From an uncultured Chloroflexia bacterium (GTDB lineage Bacteria > Chloroflexota > Anaerolineae > B4-G1 > SLSP01): a DNA stretch of 59,702 nt. Numbering within the stretch: the first letter of the stretch is position 1; every line of letters begins with the position of its first letter. The position numbers and the translations under genes are program-made. The DNA lies in the NCBI GenBank assembly GCA_963751345.1, contig CAVVUS010000025.1, forward strand, positions 1 through 59,702. Direction: 5' to 3'. This document shows, piece by piece, positions 44,775 through 53,600 of the stretch. The notes below the pieces were generated by a model. It saw only the letters and a list, made by a program, of their open reading frames with translations, was not told the DNA's origin and ran no database searches.

Positions 44775-45391
44775 GGCTTCTGCGCCTCGAAATCATCGAA
44801 CCAGATCGTGGTGCCGCCTTCAGACACCGTACCTGCGGCCATCCCGACGTCGCCCTTGGTCAACGCATCGTCCTCGACCTGGGCGACCTCTTCGCCGTTC
44901 GCATAGAGCGTCAAGGTCGATCCCTGGCATGAGGCCATCAGTCGATTGTCGGTCCCATCCGCGTGGATCAATGTCGACTTCAGCATAGCTTTACCCGTCA
45001 TCGGCACCAAGGTGCCGTCGTCGTCCATCCTGAAGATGGCATAGTACCCATCCGAGCTGATCGCGAAATAATAGAACTGCTCATCCGCATATCGACAGAG
45101 CACGCCAAAATGGTCGTCGGATGGCCCACCTGAACGGACAACCGTCGTCACTTCCACGTCATCGTAGCTTCGACCACTCGTGGCCCACACGAACCATTGG
45201 GGCACATCAATCTGGAAGAGATATCGACCCTGTTGATATCCCCGGACGTAGGTCTCGTGGGATGCTGCCCCCCACCCACTGGCCGGATCGGAGAAATCAT
45301 CCGTAAACGGCTGGGATGTCCCCAAACACCCGGAGAGCAGGCCCAACAGCATCAAGAGAGTCCATCCGCGGATTACCGTCAAAGGCTTCAT
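44771..45391 (-). CDS. Lipoprotein with DUF1080-like beta-sandwich domain (tandem paralog)
   Basis: Lipobox LLSGC; DDFSDPASGW; FGVLCR; YFAISSDG; LYANG; GDVG; FDDF. Confidence 0.8.
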   Translation of the reverse strand: MKPLTVIRGWTLLMLLGLLSGCLGTSQPFTDDFSDPASGWGAASHETYVRGYQQGRYLFQIDVPQWFVWATSGRSYDDVEVTTVVRSGGPSDDHFGVLCRYADEQFYYFAISSDGYYAIFRMDDDGTLVPMTGKAMLKSTLIHADGTDNRLMASCQGSTLTLYANGEEVAQVEDDALTKGDVGMAAGTVSEGGTTIWFDDFEAQKP

Positions 45392-45546
45392 GGGCGCACC
45401 TGCTGTCCTTTGGTTGGGAATCGACTCGCGAGTAGCATATGTGAAGCCACGCGATTGCGGTCTGGCATGGCCGTAGACTTTGATGTCATCCATCGCGTTG
45501 GGCGCATTATACCCCAGAGAAAGACCTCGACAACAGAGGCGCAATC

Positions 45547-45574
45547 TTGTCCGGAACGCCACTTGTGGTAGAAT
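45547..45574 (+). promoter_or_regulatory. tRNA promoter
   Basis: TTGTCC-16 bp-TAGAAT with an extended -10 TG. Confidence 0.5.
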
Positions 45575-45609
45575 GTTGCTTGTAGCGATGTTCACCACAT
45601 CCTACACAG

Positions 45610-45682
45610 GCCCCTGTAGCTCAGTTGGATAGAGCATCGGCCTCCGAAGCCGGTGGCCCGCGTTCAAGTCGCGGCAGGGGTA
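45610..45682 (+). tRNA. tRNA-Arg(CCG)
   Basis: GCCCCTG/CAGGGGT acceptor stem; D arm TAGCTCAGTTGGATAGAGC; anticodon arm TCGGC-CTCCGAA-GCCGG; T loop GTTCAAGT; CCA not encoded. Confidence 0.96.
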
Positions 45683-45686
45683 TCGA

Positions 45687-45715
45687 CAGCGGCCCGCTTC
45701 TCAGGCGGGCCGCTG
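45687..45715. terminator. Hairpin between the tRNA and convergent leuS
   Basis: CAGCGGCCCGC-7 nt-GCGGGCCGCTG. Confidence 0.7.
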
Positions 45716-45747
45716 CTTCATGATGAGACGAGCCCTTCAGGGCAGCG

Positions 45748-48255
45748 TCAGCCGGACACGATATTGACCAGCCGGCCGGGCACGACGATGACGCGCCGGG
45801 CCTTGTCCCCACCCAGCGCCCGGCAGGCACCCGGCGCGGCCAATGCCGCAGCGCGAATCTCGGCCTCACCGGCATCACGCGCCACCTCGATTCGATCTCG
45901 AACCCGCCCGTTGACTTGGACAGCTAATTCTACCATCGCCTCTTGCGTGCCGGCCTCATCCCAACGCGGCCACGAGGCCTGATGTATGCTACCGTGCTGC
46001 TCCCGCTCGCCCAAATGGGCCCACAGCGCCTCGGCAACAAAGGGCGCGAAGGGAGCCAGCAGCCGCAGCAGGACGGAGCGAGCGCTCACAAACGCGGGGG
46101 TCGTCCCGTAGCTCTGCCGGTGCGCGTCCAGGTCACCCACGAAGACCATCAGCGCGCTGATCGCCGTGTTGAAGTGCATGACCTCGATCTGCTCTGTGAC
46201 CGTCTTGGCAGCGCGATGTGCAGCGCGAGTGATCTCGTCCTCCGCAACGGTCTCCCGCTGTGGCGCACTTGGCAACTGTCGCTCGTCCGTGCTCAGCCGC
46301 CAGACACGCTGCACAAACCGGCGGACGCCCTCAATGTGTTGAGGTGTCACGCCATCCTCCTCGACCTCCCAGACCGTGTTGGCCTCGAACGGGCCCATGA
46401 AGAGCAAGTGCAGCCGTGTGACGTCGGCGCCGTAGCGCTCGATCACACTCTCGGGTGTCACGACGTTGCCCCTGGACTTGGACATACGCTCGACCGTGCC
46501 GGTCTCGGTGTCCCGCGCGTGAAGGACGCCCTGGCTCCGCAGCTTGGGGAAGGGTTCGCGGAAGTCCACCCATCCCTCATCGGCCAGGAACTTGGTCCAG
46601 AACCGCGAGTAGAGCAGGTGGCTGACGGCGTGTTCCGCACCGCCGATATAGAGATCGACGGGTAGCCAGCGTCTGGCCTCCTCTGCGTCGAAGGGCCGCT
46701 CCGCATTGTGGGGATCGGTGAAGCGCATGTAGTACCACGAGGAACAGACGAAGCCCGTCATGGTGTCGGTCTCACGCTCGGCGGCACCCCCACATCTCGG
46801 GCAGGTCGTGTGGACGAAAGAAGGGACGTTGGCCAGTGGCGATCGCCCGTCCCCTCTCGGACGGTAGTCGGGCACCGGCGGGAGTTCGACCGGCAGCGCG
46901 GCCTCCGGCACCGGCACCTCACCGCAGGTTGGGCAGTTCACGATCGGGATCGGCGTGCCCCAGTAGCGCTGCCGGGAGATCAACCAGTCCCGCAGACGAT
47001 AGGCGACCACGCGCCGACCGAACCCCTCGTCAGCCAGCCACGCCGCGATGGCCTCCTGCGCAGCAGCCGAGCTCATGCCGGTGAACCGACCCGAGTCCAC
47101 CAGCCCGCCCGCGTCTGTGAACGGCAGCAGAGCCGTCGTTCCGCTCGTCGACGGCACGATGACGCGCTTGACCGGCAGCCCCTGCCCCTTGGCGAACGCG
47201 AAGTCGCGGGAGTCGTGCGCCGGCACGCCCATCACGGCGCCTGTGCCATAATCGGCCAGCACGTAGTCGGCAACGTAGATGGGCACGCGCGTACCGTCAG
47301 GCAGCACCGCAGCGGCCCCGGTTGCTACGCCGTCGGGTGCCCGGGTGTGCCGCTCGACATCACTGCGCTGCGAGGCCCGGTCGATGTAGGCCGCAACGGC
47401 AGGACGCTGCGCGGGTGTGCTCAGGCGTTCGGCCAGGGGGTGTTCGGGCGCCAACACGATGAAGGTGACCCCGAAGAGCGTGTCGACTCGGGTTGTGAAG
47501 ACGCGCAGGCTTGCGTCTGCGTGGCCCGCCACGGGCAGGTCGATCTCCACGCCTTCCTGGCGCCCGATCCAATGACGCTGCATCGCCAGGATGTGTTCGG
47601 GCCAGTCGAGCTCATCCAGGGCGGCGTCCAGCTCATCGGCATACGCCGTGACGCGGATGTACCATTGGGAGCGCGACCGCCGCACGACCGGCTGGTGGCA
47701 GCGCCAGCACGTGCCGTGCTCGATCTCCTCTGCCGCCAGGACCGTTTGGCAGCTCTCGCACCAGTTGACCGGCGCATCCGCTCGATAGGCCAGGCCACGG
47801 CGGTAGAGCATCAGGAAGAACGCCTGGTTCCACCGGTAGTAGGCCGGGTCGGATGAGGCGATCTCCCTGCTCCAATCATAGGAGCAGCCCAACAGATTCA
47901 ACTGCTGCTTGTAGTTGGCGGCATAGCGCGCGGTGCTCTCGGCGGGATGGACGCCGCGCTTCATCGCCTCGTTCTCCGCCGGCAGGCCGAAGGCATCCCA
48001 CCCCATCGGGTGAAGCACCGCCTCACCCTGCATCCGGTGATAGCGAGCGATGACGTCAGAGGGCACATAGTTGCGCCCGTGCCCGACGCTCAGACCGGCA
48101 CCGGACGGGTAGGGGAAGAAGTCCAGGCAATAGAAGGTGCGTTCGCCGGGTGACCGATCCGGTGTCCGGTAGGCGCCCTCCTCGGCCCACCTACGCCGCC
48201 AATATGCCTCGATCTTCCAGGGATCGTATTCTATTACATCTCGTTCGGGTGACAT
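45748..48255 (-). CDS. leuS: Leucyl-tRNA synthetase
   Basis: FPYPSGAGLSVGH, MGWDAFGLPAEN, YGTGAVMGVPAHD, DWLISRQRYWGTP, RMSKS, VQVNG. Confidence 0.98.
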   Translation of the reverse strand: MSPERDVIEYDPWKIEAYWRRRWAEEGAYRTPDRSPGERTFYCLDFFPYPSGAGLSVGHGRNYVPSDVIARYHRMQGEAVLHPMGWDAFGLPAENEAMKRGVHPAESTARYAANYKQQLNLLGCSYDWSREIASSDPAYYRWNQAFFLMLYRRGLAYRADAPVNWCESCQTVLAAEEIEHGTCWRCHQPVVRRSRSQWYIRVTAYADELDAALDELDWPEHILAMQRHWIGRQEGVEIDLPVAGHADASLRVFTTRVDTLFGVTFIVLAPEHPLAERLSTPAQRPAVAAYIDRASQRSDVERHTRAPDGVATGAAAVLPDGTRVPIYVADYVLADYGTGAVMGVPAHDSRDFAFAKGQGLPVKRVIVPSTSGTTALLPFTDAGGLVDSGRFTGMSSAAAQEAIAAWLADEGFGRRVVAYRLRDWLISRQRYWGTPIPIVNCPTCGEVPVPEAALPVELPPVPDYRPRGDGRSPLANVPSFVHTTCPRCGGAAERETDTMTGFVCSSWYYMRFTDPHNAERPFDAEEARRWLPVDLYIGGAEHAVSHLLYSRFWTKFLADEGWVDFREPFPKLRSQGVLHARDTETGTVERMSKSRGNVVTPESVIERYGADVTRLHLLFMGPFEANTVWEVEEDGVTPQHIEGVRRFVQRVWRLSTDERQLPSAPQRETVAEDEITRAAHRAAKTVTEQIEVMHFNTAISALMVFVGDLDAHRQSYGTTPAFVSARSVLLRLLAPFAPFVAEALWAHLGEREQHGSIHQASWPRWDEAGTQEAMVELAVQVNGRVRDRIEVARDAGEAEIRAAALAAPGACRALGGDKARRVIVVPGRLVNIVSG

Positions 48256-48263
48256 TTCGTTCC

Positions 48264-48372
48264 TCCTCGTGACAGATCCAACTACAGGCTGATACCGTAG
48301 TTACAGCTCGGATCGCCCCCACGAGGATGCCGGACGCCAACAGACCCGGCGTCCGGGGTACCACCTCCTTGA
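48264..48372 (-). promoter_or_regulatory. T-box-like antisequestrator / SD-sequestrator module upstream of leuS
   Basis: AAGGAGGTGGTACC followed by the CCGGACGCC/GGCGTCCGG helix and CCTC; alternatively TCCTCGTG pairs with CACGAGGA, which overlaps the leuS SD. No Stem I found. Confidence 0.45.
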
Positions 48373-48410
48373 TCACCCATATATCTGTGCGCATTGAGCC
48401 CTCCTGCACG

Positions 48411-48440
48411 AAAAAGCGCCTCCCTTGTGGGAGGCGCTTT
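48411..48440 (-). terminator. Attenuator intrinsic terminator in the leuS leader
   Basis: AAAGCGCCTCCC-ACAA-GGGAGGCGC-TTTTT. Confidence 0.88.
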
Positions 48441-48480
48441 CACTAGCTTGACCGGCTGGTATCCGAGGTAGTCCTCGCGA

Positions 48481-48564
48481 TCAGTGCCCGCCCACGTGGC
48501 AACGGCTCCATCCCGTAAGGAGGAGCCGGCCACAAAGCAGCGCACGCTGAACGTCGAAGGACAT
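48481..48564 (-). CDS. Leu-rich leader peptide of the leuS attenuator
   Basis: MSFDVQRALLCGRLLLTGWSRCHVGGH*; Leu codons CTG CTT and CTC CTC CTT; lies between the promoter and the terminator. Confidence 0.72.
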   Translation of the reverse strand: MSFDVQRALLCGRLLLTGWSRCHVGGH

Positions 48565-48599
48565 TGTCTTTCTCATTCCTCGGTCATCTCAATGGCTTC

Positions 48600-48628
48600 A
48601 TCATAGCACAGGCTTACAGCGGGTGCAA
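48600..48628 (-). promoter_or_regulatory. leuS promoter
   Basis: TTGCAC-17 bp-TATGAT with an extended -10 TG. Confidence 0.7.
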
Positions 48629-48760
48629 GAGCCAGTCCACGGGTCGGGACAGGGACGGCAGCCCGGAGGTGCCCGGTCCCGTGCCCCACGCATTCGAGAG
48701 AATGATTCCTACGGCCACACCAACTCCGGCGGGATGCGAAGCGCGGCGCCGGTCTCCAGG

Positions 48761-49565
48761 TCACTCAGACCCCAGCGCGCCTGGGCCCGCACGAGGAGCT
48801 CCCCATCCTCCGCACGCCGGATCTCGGTGTGCCTGAGCGCCGTCGTGTCGTCTATCCCGGTGCACCACGTGGCGATCTCGAGGGCGTCGCCCAGAACGGC
48901 AGGGCGTCGATACTCTAGGCGATGCTGCCGTGTGATGGATGCGCAGGCCCTCTTCCAGCATGCGTTCCATCGGCCAGCCTCTCAGGGCGCACGCGCGCGT
49001 CTCGGCATCCTCGACGTACTCCAGGTACTTCGCGTTGTTCACGTGCCACATCATATCGATGTCGGACCACGCGACGGTCCTGGGAAGTGACAATCGCCTC
49101 TGGCGGTCGATCGTGTGCGACCGGGTGTCGCTCACGAGGGGAAGTCTCAGGTGGCACCCCTTCAGGAAAGAAGGCCAACTGTATCGCCTCAGGTATCATC
49201 TGGGGGCGGAGCGTCTCAGCATCCAGGTAGACCCAGTCGGTCGACGCACGCGCTGCCACCTCTCCTGTCGCCCGGTGCCGGATCTCGTAGGCGCGCCGCG
49301 ACCGGAAGCGACGGATATCCATCACCCACGTCTTGACCTCGACCTCGTCGCCATAGTGCAGCGGCGCGAGATACTCGACCGCGGTCTCGTGGATCAGCCA
49401 GATCTGCCCGATGTTGTGGTATCGCGAGAAGTCATATCCCACCGCGGCCGAAGCCGCGAAGGCCGACTCCTGCATCCACCTCAGGTAGGTCGCACCCCTC
49501 AGGTGACCATAGGCATCGCATTCGTAATTGCGGACCTTGAAGACCTCATAGTGGGTCGCCGGCAT
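48761..49565 (-). CDS. Double hotdog-fold acyl-CoA/ACP thioesterase (frameshifted)
   Basis: VRNYECDAYGHL...YLRWMQE and VAWSDIDMMWHVNNAKYLEYVE. Confidence 0.85.
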
Positions 49566-49597
49566 TCCCGTCGCTTCCCTCTGCGCCTATGCCATCC

Positions 49598-50711
49598 TCA
49601 GTCAGCAATCGCACGCTCGATCTTGGCCGCGATCCCCTCGGCCTCAGCCTCGGTAAGCGCCCCTATCCTGAAGTCGGCCCGGAAAGACTCACCGGGTGCA
49701 AGATACTTGACGTTGCCCTTCGCCTTCTCGGCCTGGAACCCCTCGGGCTCACAGGTTCCGGCCTCCACCAACGCGATCGCATCCTGATCGGGCGTGCGAG
49801 AGATCCACCGGGTGCCCTTGGGCAACTGATCCGGGCGGTGGCCGATATAGTCCACGTTGCCATCCGGATGCACCTGCATTGTGTGCGCCCACCCCTCGTC
49901 ATCTGCGAGGTAGTCGATAAAGAAGACCGCCTCGGGATCGAAGGCCATATCGGGCGCCAACACGTGGTGTACCTCGGGGTGCCTCCCAAGCTCCTGGATG
50001 AACTCGACGTAGCCCGGACCCGGCGTGATGTGCGAGGGGATGCTGGCGCGCACGCGGACGTGCTCCGGTGTCGGCTTTGCCGCGTAGACCAACCGCCCGC
50101 CGTCCACCGGCTTGAAGTTCACGTGCGCCAGATACATCAGCATCTGGTCCGAACGCTTGAGGTTGGTGATCGTCATCGAGACCCTGAAGATCGTGGCATC
50201 CACATAGAGCTTGGCCAGCGGCTCAGCCAGGTAGCTGTGGGCGAAGGCCACGGTGTGGCGATACCGGCCGCCCAACCCGATATAGGCCCCGCCGTCATCC
50301 TCACCGAGGACGATGTATGCCCCGGCGTAGGGTGCATTGGGCAGCTCCCCGTGCAGCGGATGGGTGTCATTTGGGACCCGGCGAGCCGACGCCCGTGATG
50401 CCGCAGTGCTGCATGAAGCCGCCAAAGGTGTCAAGAAAGACGCGGGTCGGGTAGGGCTGGTCGAGCATCGCTCGCATCGTCAGGTTGCGGTCGTTGAACA
50501 TCGCGGACCAAACCTGCTGGCCCTGGAACGGCAACATCACCAATTCCCCGACGTTACTGGTCAGCCGCAGGCCGCAGACGCCACTGTCGAAGCGGAACGT
50601 GGACGCGACCAATCCCTTTGCAGGCGACTCAACGAGGACCTGTTCGCGCTCGGTAAACATCGCCGGCGTCAGATGGGTGACGGTCTCAATGATAGGCATG
50701 GTGCCCTCCAT
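49598..50711 (-). CDS. DUF4432 / aldose 1-epimerase-family protein (frameshift near 50375)
   Basis: LPFQGQQVWSA, GGFMQHCG, HPLHGELP, MYLAHVNF, TCEPEG. Confidence 0.85.
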
Positions 50712-50725
50712 ATCTAAAGCGCAGA

Positions 50726-50865
50726 AGCGGTCAGCGATCAGCAGTCAGCAGAAGTAAGGAGTAGGAAGTATGGAGTAGCGCCGCTAACACGAGCTTACTC
50801 CCTACTCCGTACTCCATACTCCGTACTTCCGCTGTAAAGCTGACAGCTAGCCGCTGATAGCTGCC
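50726..50865. repeat. Nested inverted heptamer arrays (about 140-nt fold-back)
   Basis: AGCGGTC AGCGATC AGCAGTC AGCAGA | AGTAAGG AGTAGGA AGTATGG AGTA | loop | TACTCCC TACTCCG TACTCCA TACTCCG TACTTCC | GCTGTAA AGCTGAC AGCTAGC CGCTGAT AGCTGCC. Confidence 0.85.
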
Positions 50866-52132
50866 CTAACTCCAGAGGCGGTCGTGCGACCGCTCGGCGT
50901 CCCATTCATCCGTGGGCTCGAAGTAGCCGGGATGGTCGGGGTCAATGTGCTCGCGGACCATAGCCTCGTTGAGATCCTCAAACCCCAAGCCGGGCGTCTC
51001 GGGCACGGCAATGTAACCATCCTCAATCAGGGGATTGGGTAGGCCGGTCACCAGATCGTTCCACTTGGGTTGGTCTACCGAATGGTTCTCCAGCACCAGG
51101 AAGTTCTCCGTTGCCGCGGCGCAGTGCACGCTGGCGAGCGCCGCAACGGGCGACCCGGCCATATGCATCGCCATAGCGACCCCGTGCTCCTGGGCCGCAT
51201 CACCGATCCTCTTGGTCTCCAGGATGCCGCCCGAGGAGGCAATGTCGGGGTGGATGACGGAGACGCCGCGGCTTTCCAACAGCGGCATGAAGTTCTCCCT
51301 GAGGTAGATGTCCTCGCCTGTGCAAATCGGCGTCTTGACGGCCCGTGAGAGGGTCACGTACTGGTCGGTGAGCTGCCACGGGAGCAGATCCTCTACCCAG
51401 GCCAAGGTGAACGGCTCCAGCGCATCGACCAGTCGAATGCAGGACTCCAGGCCGATGTGGCCGATATGGTCCACGGCCAGGGGTACCTCGTAGCCGATCA
51501 CGCTGCGCACCTCGTCGACATACTTGCAGAGGTAGTCAATGCCCTTTTCGGTCAACTGAATCCCCGTGAAGGGATGCATGACGTTGAAGCTGCGCAACGT
51601 ATCCGGGAACCCGATCACCGTGTCGGGGATATTCCTGAGGAAATAGACTCCCAGGTCCATCTTGAGGAACTTGAATCCCTGCTCCATCCGGCCCTTGAGC
51701 CGCTCGCCCATCGCTTTGCCGTCGGGCTCCGAGGGTGTGTCACTATAGATCAGCACCTTGTCGCGAAACTTCCCACCGGCGAGCATGTAGGCCGGCACGC
51801 CGTAGGCCTTGCCCGCCAGATCCATCAGCGCCATCTCGATGCCGCACACGCCGCCGGCCTGTCGCGCGTGATGTCCGAACTGTTTGATCTGGCGGAAGAC
51901 CTTGTCGACATTGCACGGGTTCTCGCCCAGGATGCGGCTCTTGAGCATCAGTGCATAGGTGCTGCTGGCTCCATCCCGCACCTCACCATAGCCTGAGAGG
52001 CCCTGGTTCGTATCAATGCGGATGAGGGGCACGCGCATAGGGTATGCCCTTGAGATGCACGACACGCATGTCGGTGATCTCGAGGTCCGACGGACGAGAG
52101 TGCTGATTCACGTTCTGCTCGCTGATGGTCAT
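50866..52132 (-). CDS. Enolase-superfamily dehydratase/racemase (frameshift near 52040)
   Basis: Start MTISEQNVNQHSRPSDLEITDMR (RBS GGAGG); GEVRDG, EMALMDLAGK, LKMDLG, DHIGH, WVED, TGED, HPD, ENHS. Confidence 0.9.
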
Positions 52133-52234
52133 GGTCGTATATGTCCTCCATATGATGATCGGCTAGTCACGCGTTGTGGATGCTCGCACAGGCGTTTGGT
52201 AGATTGCCATGCCAGCCCCTAGTCTATTCAGCTT

Positions 52235-52500
52235 TCATACCGTGGCAATTGGGCCCCGGCATGCCAGGTTGCAGTAGTTGGTCGCCTCAAGGTACACCTT
52301 GGCCGGCACATCTGTCGTCCGGCGCAGTTATAGGCCGTTGCGGTCGATCTCTAGAGATACCTGGGCACCGGCGATCACCCATACTGCTCTCTGAGGCCTC
52401 GCGGCAACACGAGTCGCCTTTCGGCATCCACCCGGGCCTGATCCTGCATGGCCCTTTCCGGTGGGGAGTCCTCAGACGGATCACGGGGTATGAACGTCAT
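52235..52500 (-). pseudogene. Truncated AbrB-like domain + radical SAM protein (resembles tungsten-oxidoreductase-associated maturase)
   Basis: RVDAERRLVLPRGLREQYG / AGAQVSLEIDRNGL*LRRTTDVPAKVYLEATNYCNLACR; frameshift, in-frame TAA, and truncation inside CxxxCxxC. Confidence 0.65.
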
Positions 52501-52519
52501 AATGTGTATCCTTGTGGCA

Positions 52520-52557
52520 CACGACCTTCCGCAGAGCTCGCTCTGCGGAAGGTCGTG
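52520..52557. terminator. 18-bp perfect inverted repeat downstream of the thioredoxin gene
   Basis: CACGACCTTCCGCAGAGC-TC-GCTCTGCGGAAGGTCGTG; no U tract. Confidence 0.55.
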
Positions 52558-52582
52558 GTACCACATCCCGGAACGGATCGAA

Positions 52583-52825
52583 CTAGGCCGTGGTCTGCAA
52601 CCAGCCAGCGATCTCCTGTGTGCTGGGCAATCGTCCCGAGCACTTCACTTCACCGTTGACCACCAACGCCGGGGTGCTGGCAATCGGATAGTCCATGATG
52701 TCGTTGATATCCGTCACTTTGACGAAGGTGGCCTCGACACCGGTCTGCTCCGCAGCCTCTCGGGCCGTCTGCTCCAATCGCTTGCACTTGGGGCACCCTG
52801 TGCCCAGGATCTTGATCTCCAACAT
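52583..52825 (-). CDS. Small redox-active disulfide protein (thioredoxin-like, MTH895 type)
   Basis: IKILGTGCPKC...TPALVVNGEVKCSGRLP; RBS AAGGAG. Confidence 0.92.
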   Translation of the reverse strand: MLEIKILGTGCPKCKRLEQTAREAAEQTGVEATFVKVTDINDIMDYPIASTPALVVNGEVKCSGRLPSTQEIAGWLQTTA

Positions 52826-52842
52826 CGTTCTCTGCTCCTTCT

Positions 52843-53013
52843 CTAATAGAATGGTCTCTTGGTCGAACAGCGCCCGACCTTGCTGCGCTACCAGATCGAT
52901 TGCCTCCGGGGTCACCGTCGGGTGCCGGAAGCTCGCGAAGCCCGCTCCAGTGTATGGCGGACGCACACCGCCGTGCAGTCGTCGATCACCAAGATCTCCG
53001 CCGCCTCGATCAT
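52843..53013 (-). pseudogene. Remnant of a DGC-domain putative zinc-binding protein
   Basis: AEILVIDDCTAVCVRHTLE/AGFASFRH..VTPEAIDLVAQQGRAL; N-terminal half absent. Confidence 0.55.
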
Positions 53014-53021
53014 GGTTTCCC

Positions 53022-53228
53022 TCACTTGCGCATTTCGATGGCGTGGCCGCAACAGGCCTTGGCACATTCGCCACAGCCCCGGCAGCGGGATGCGTCTATC
53101 GTCATCAATCCGCCCAGGGGGGCAGCAGCGTCGGCCGCATACTGGACCGCGCCGTTCGGGCATGCCTTGATCGCAAGGCAGATCTCCTGCATAGCGGGGC
53201 ATTTGCGTCGGTCAATCCAGGGTGACAT
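53022..53228 (-). CDS. 4Fe-4S dicluster ferredoxin-like protein
   Basis: CPAMQEIC...ACP and CRGCGECAKACC. Confidence 0.88.
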   Translation of the reverse strand: MSPWIDRRKCPAMQEICLAIKACPNGAVQYAADAAAPLGGLMTIDASRCRGCGECAKACCGHAIEMRK

Positions 53229-53284
53229 ATCGGTTCTCTTGATCCTCCGGTCCGTCAGGATGCTTCAGCATAGGTCTGGTACCC

Positions 53285-53569
53285 TCAGCATGCATCGGTC
53301 AGGAAGGTAACTCTCTCTCCTTGGCCGATCTGTACTGCTGCCGATAGGTCCTGAATGGTGACACGCCCCCCCACGTTGATCAGGTAGTCGCCGAGGAGAT
53401 GGCGCCTGTCTTTGGCGATGACTTCTCCCACCAATGCCGGCGCCGCCTTGGCCAGTGCCGCGATCAAGTCTTCCCAGGTCGCGCCATCCTGAAGAGTCAG
53501 GCCGATGTCCCGCTGTCTAGCCAAGGTGTATACGACGCCGCTGGTCTGAACCACCACCGCTTTGCTCAT
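53285..53569 (-). CDS. MoaD/ThiS-like beta-grasp protein ending in Cys rather than Gly-Gly
   Basis: LQDGATWEDLIAALAKAAPALVG...YLINVGG...IGQGERVTFLTDAC-TGA. Confidence 0.7.
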   Translation of the reverse strand: MSKAVVVQTSGVVYTLARQRDIGLTLQDGATWEDLIAALAKAAPALVGEVIAKDRRHLLGDYLINVGGRVTIQDLSAAVQIGQGERVTFLTDAC

Positions 53570-53600
53570 CGCACGCTCCCTTTCACAACCTCACGATCGA

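Noticed and set aside
45610-45682. tRNA-Arg as an island integration site
   Set aside because: No integrase and no duplicated tRNA 3' end seen; the flanks are housekeeping-like.
48256-48600. Complete canonical T-box riboswitch for leuS
   Set aside because: No convincing Stem I (AG bulge, GNUG loop, specifier loop), and the terminator lies upstream of the T-box-like sequence rather than overlapping it.
50726-50865. Repeat arrays as CRISPR
   Set aside because: Units are 7-8 bp with no unique spacers, and there are no cas genes.
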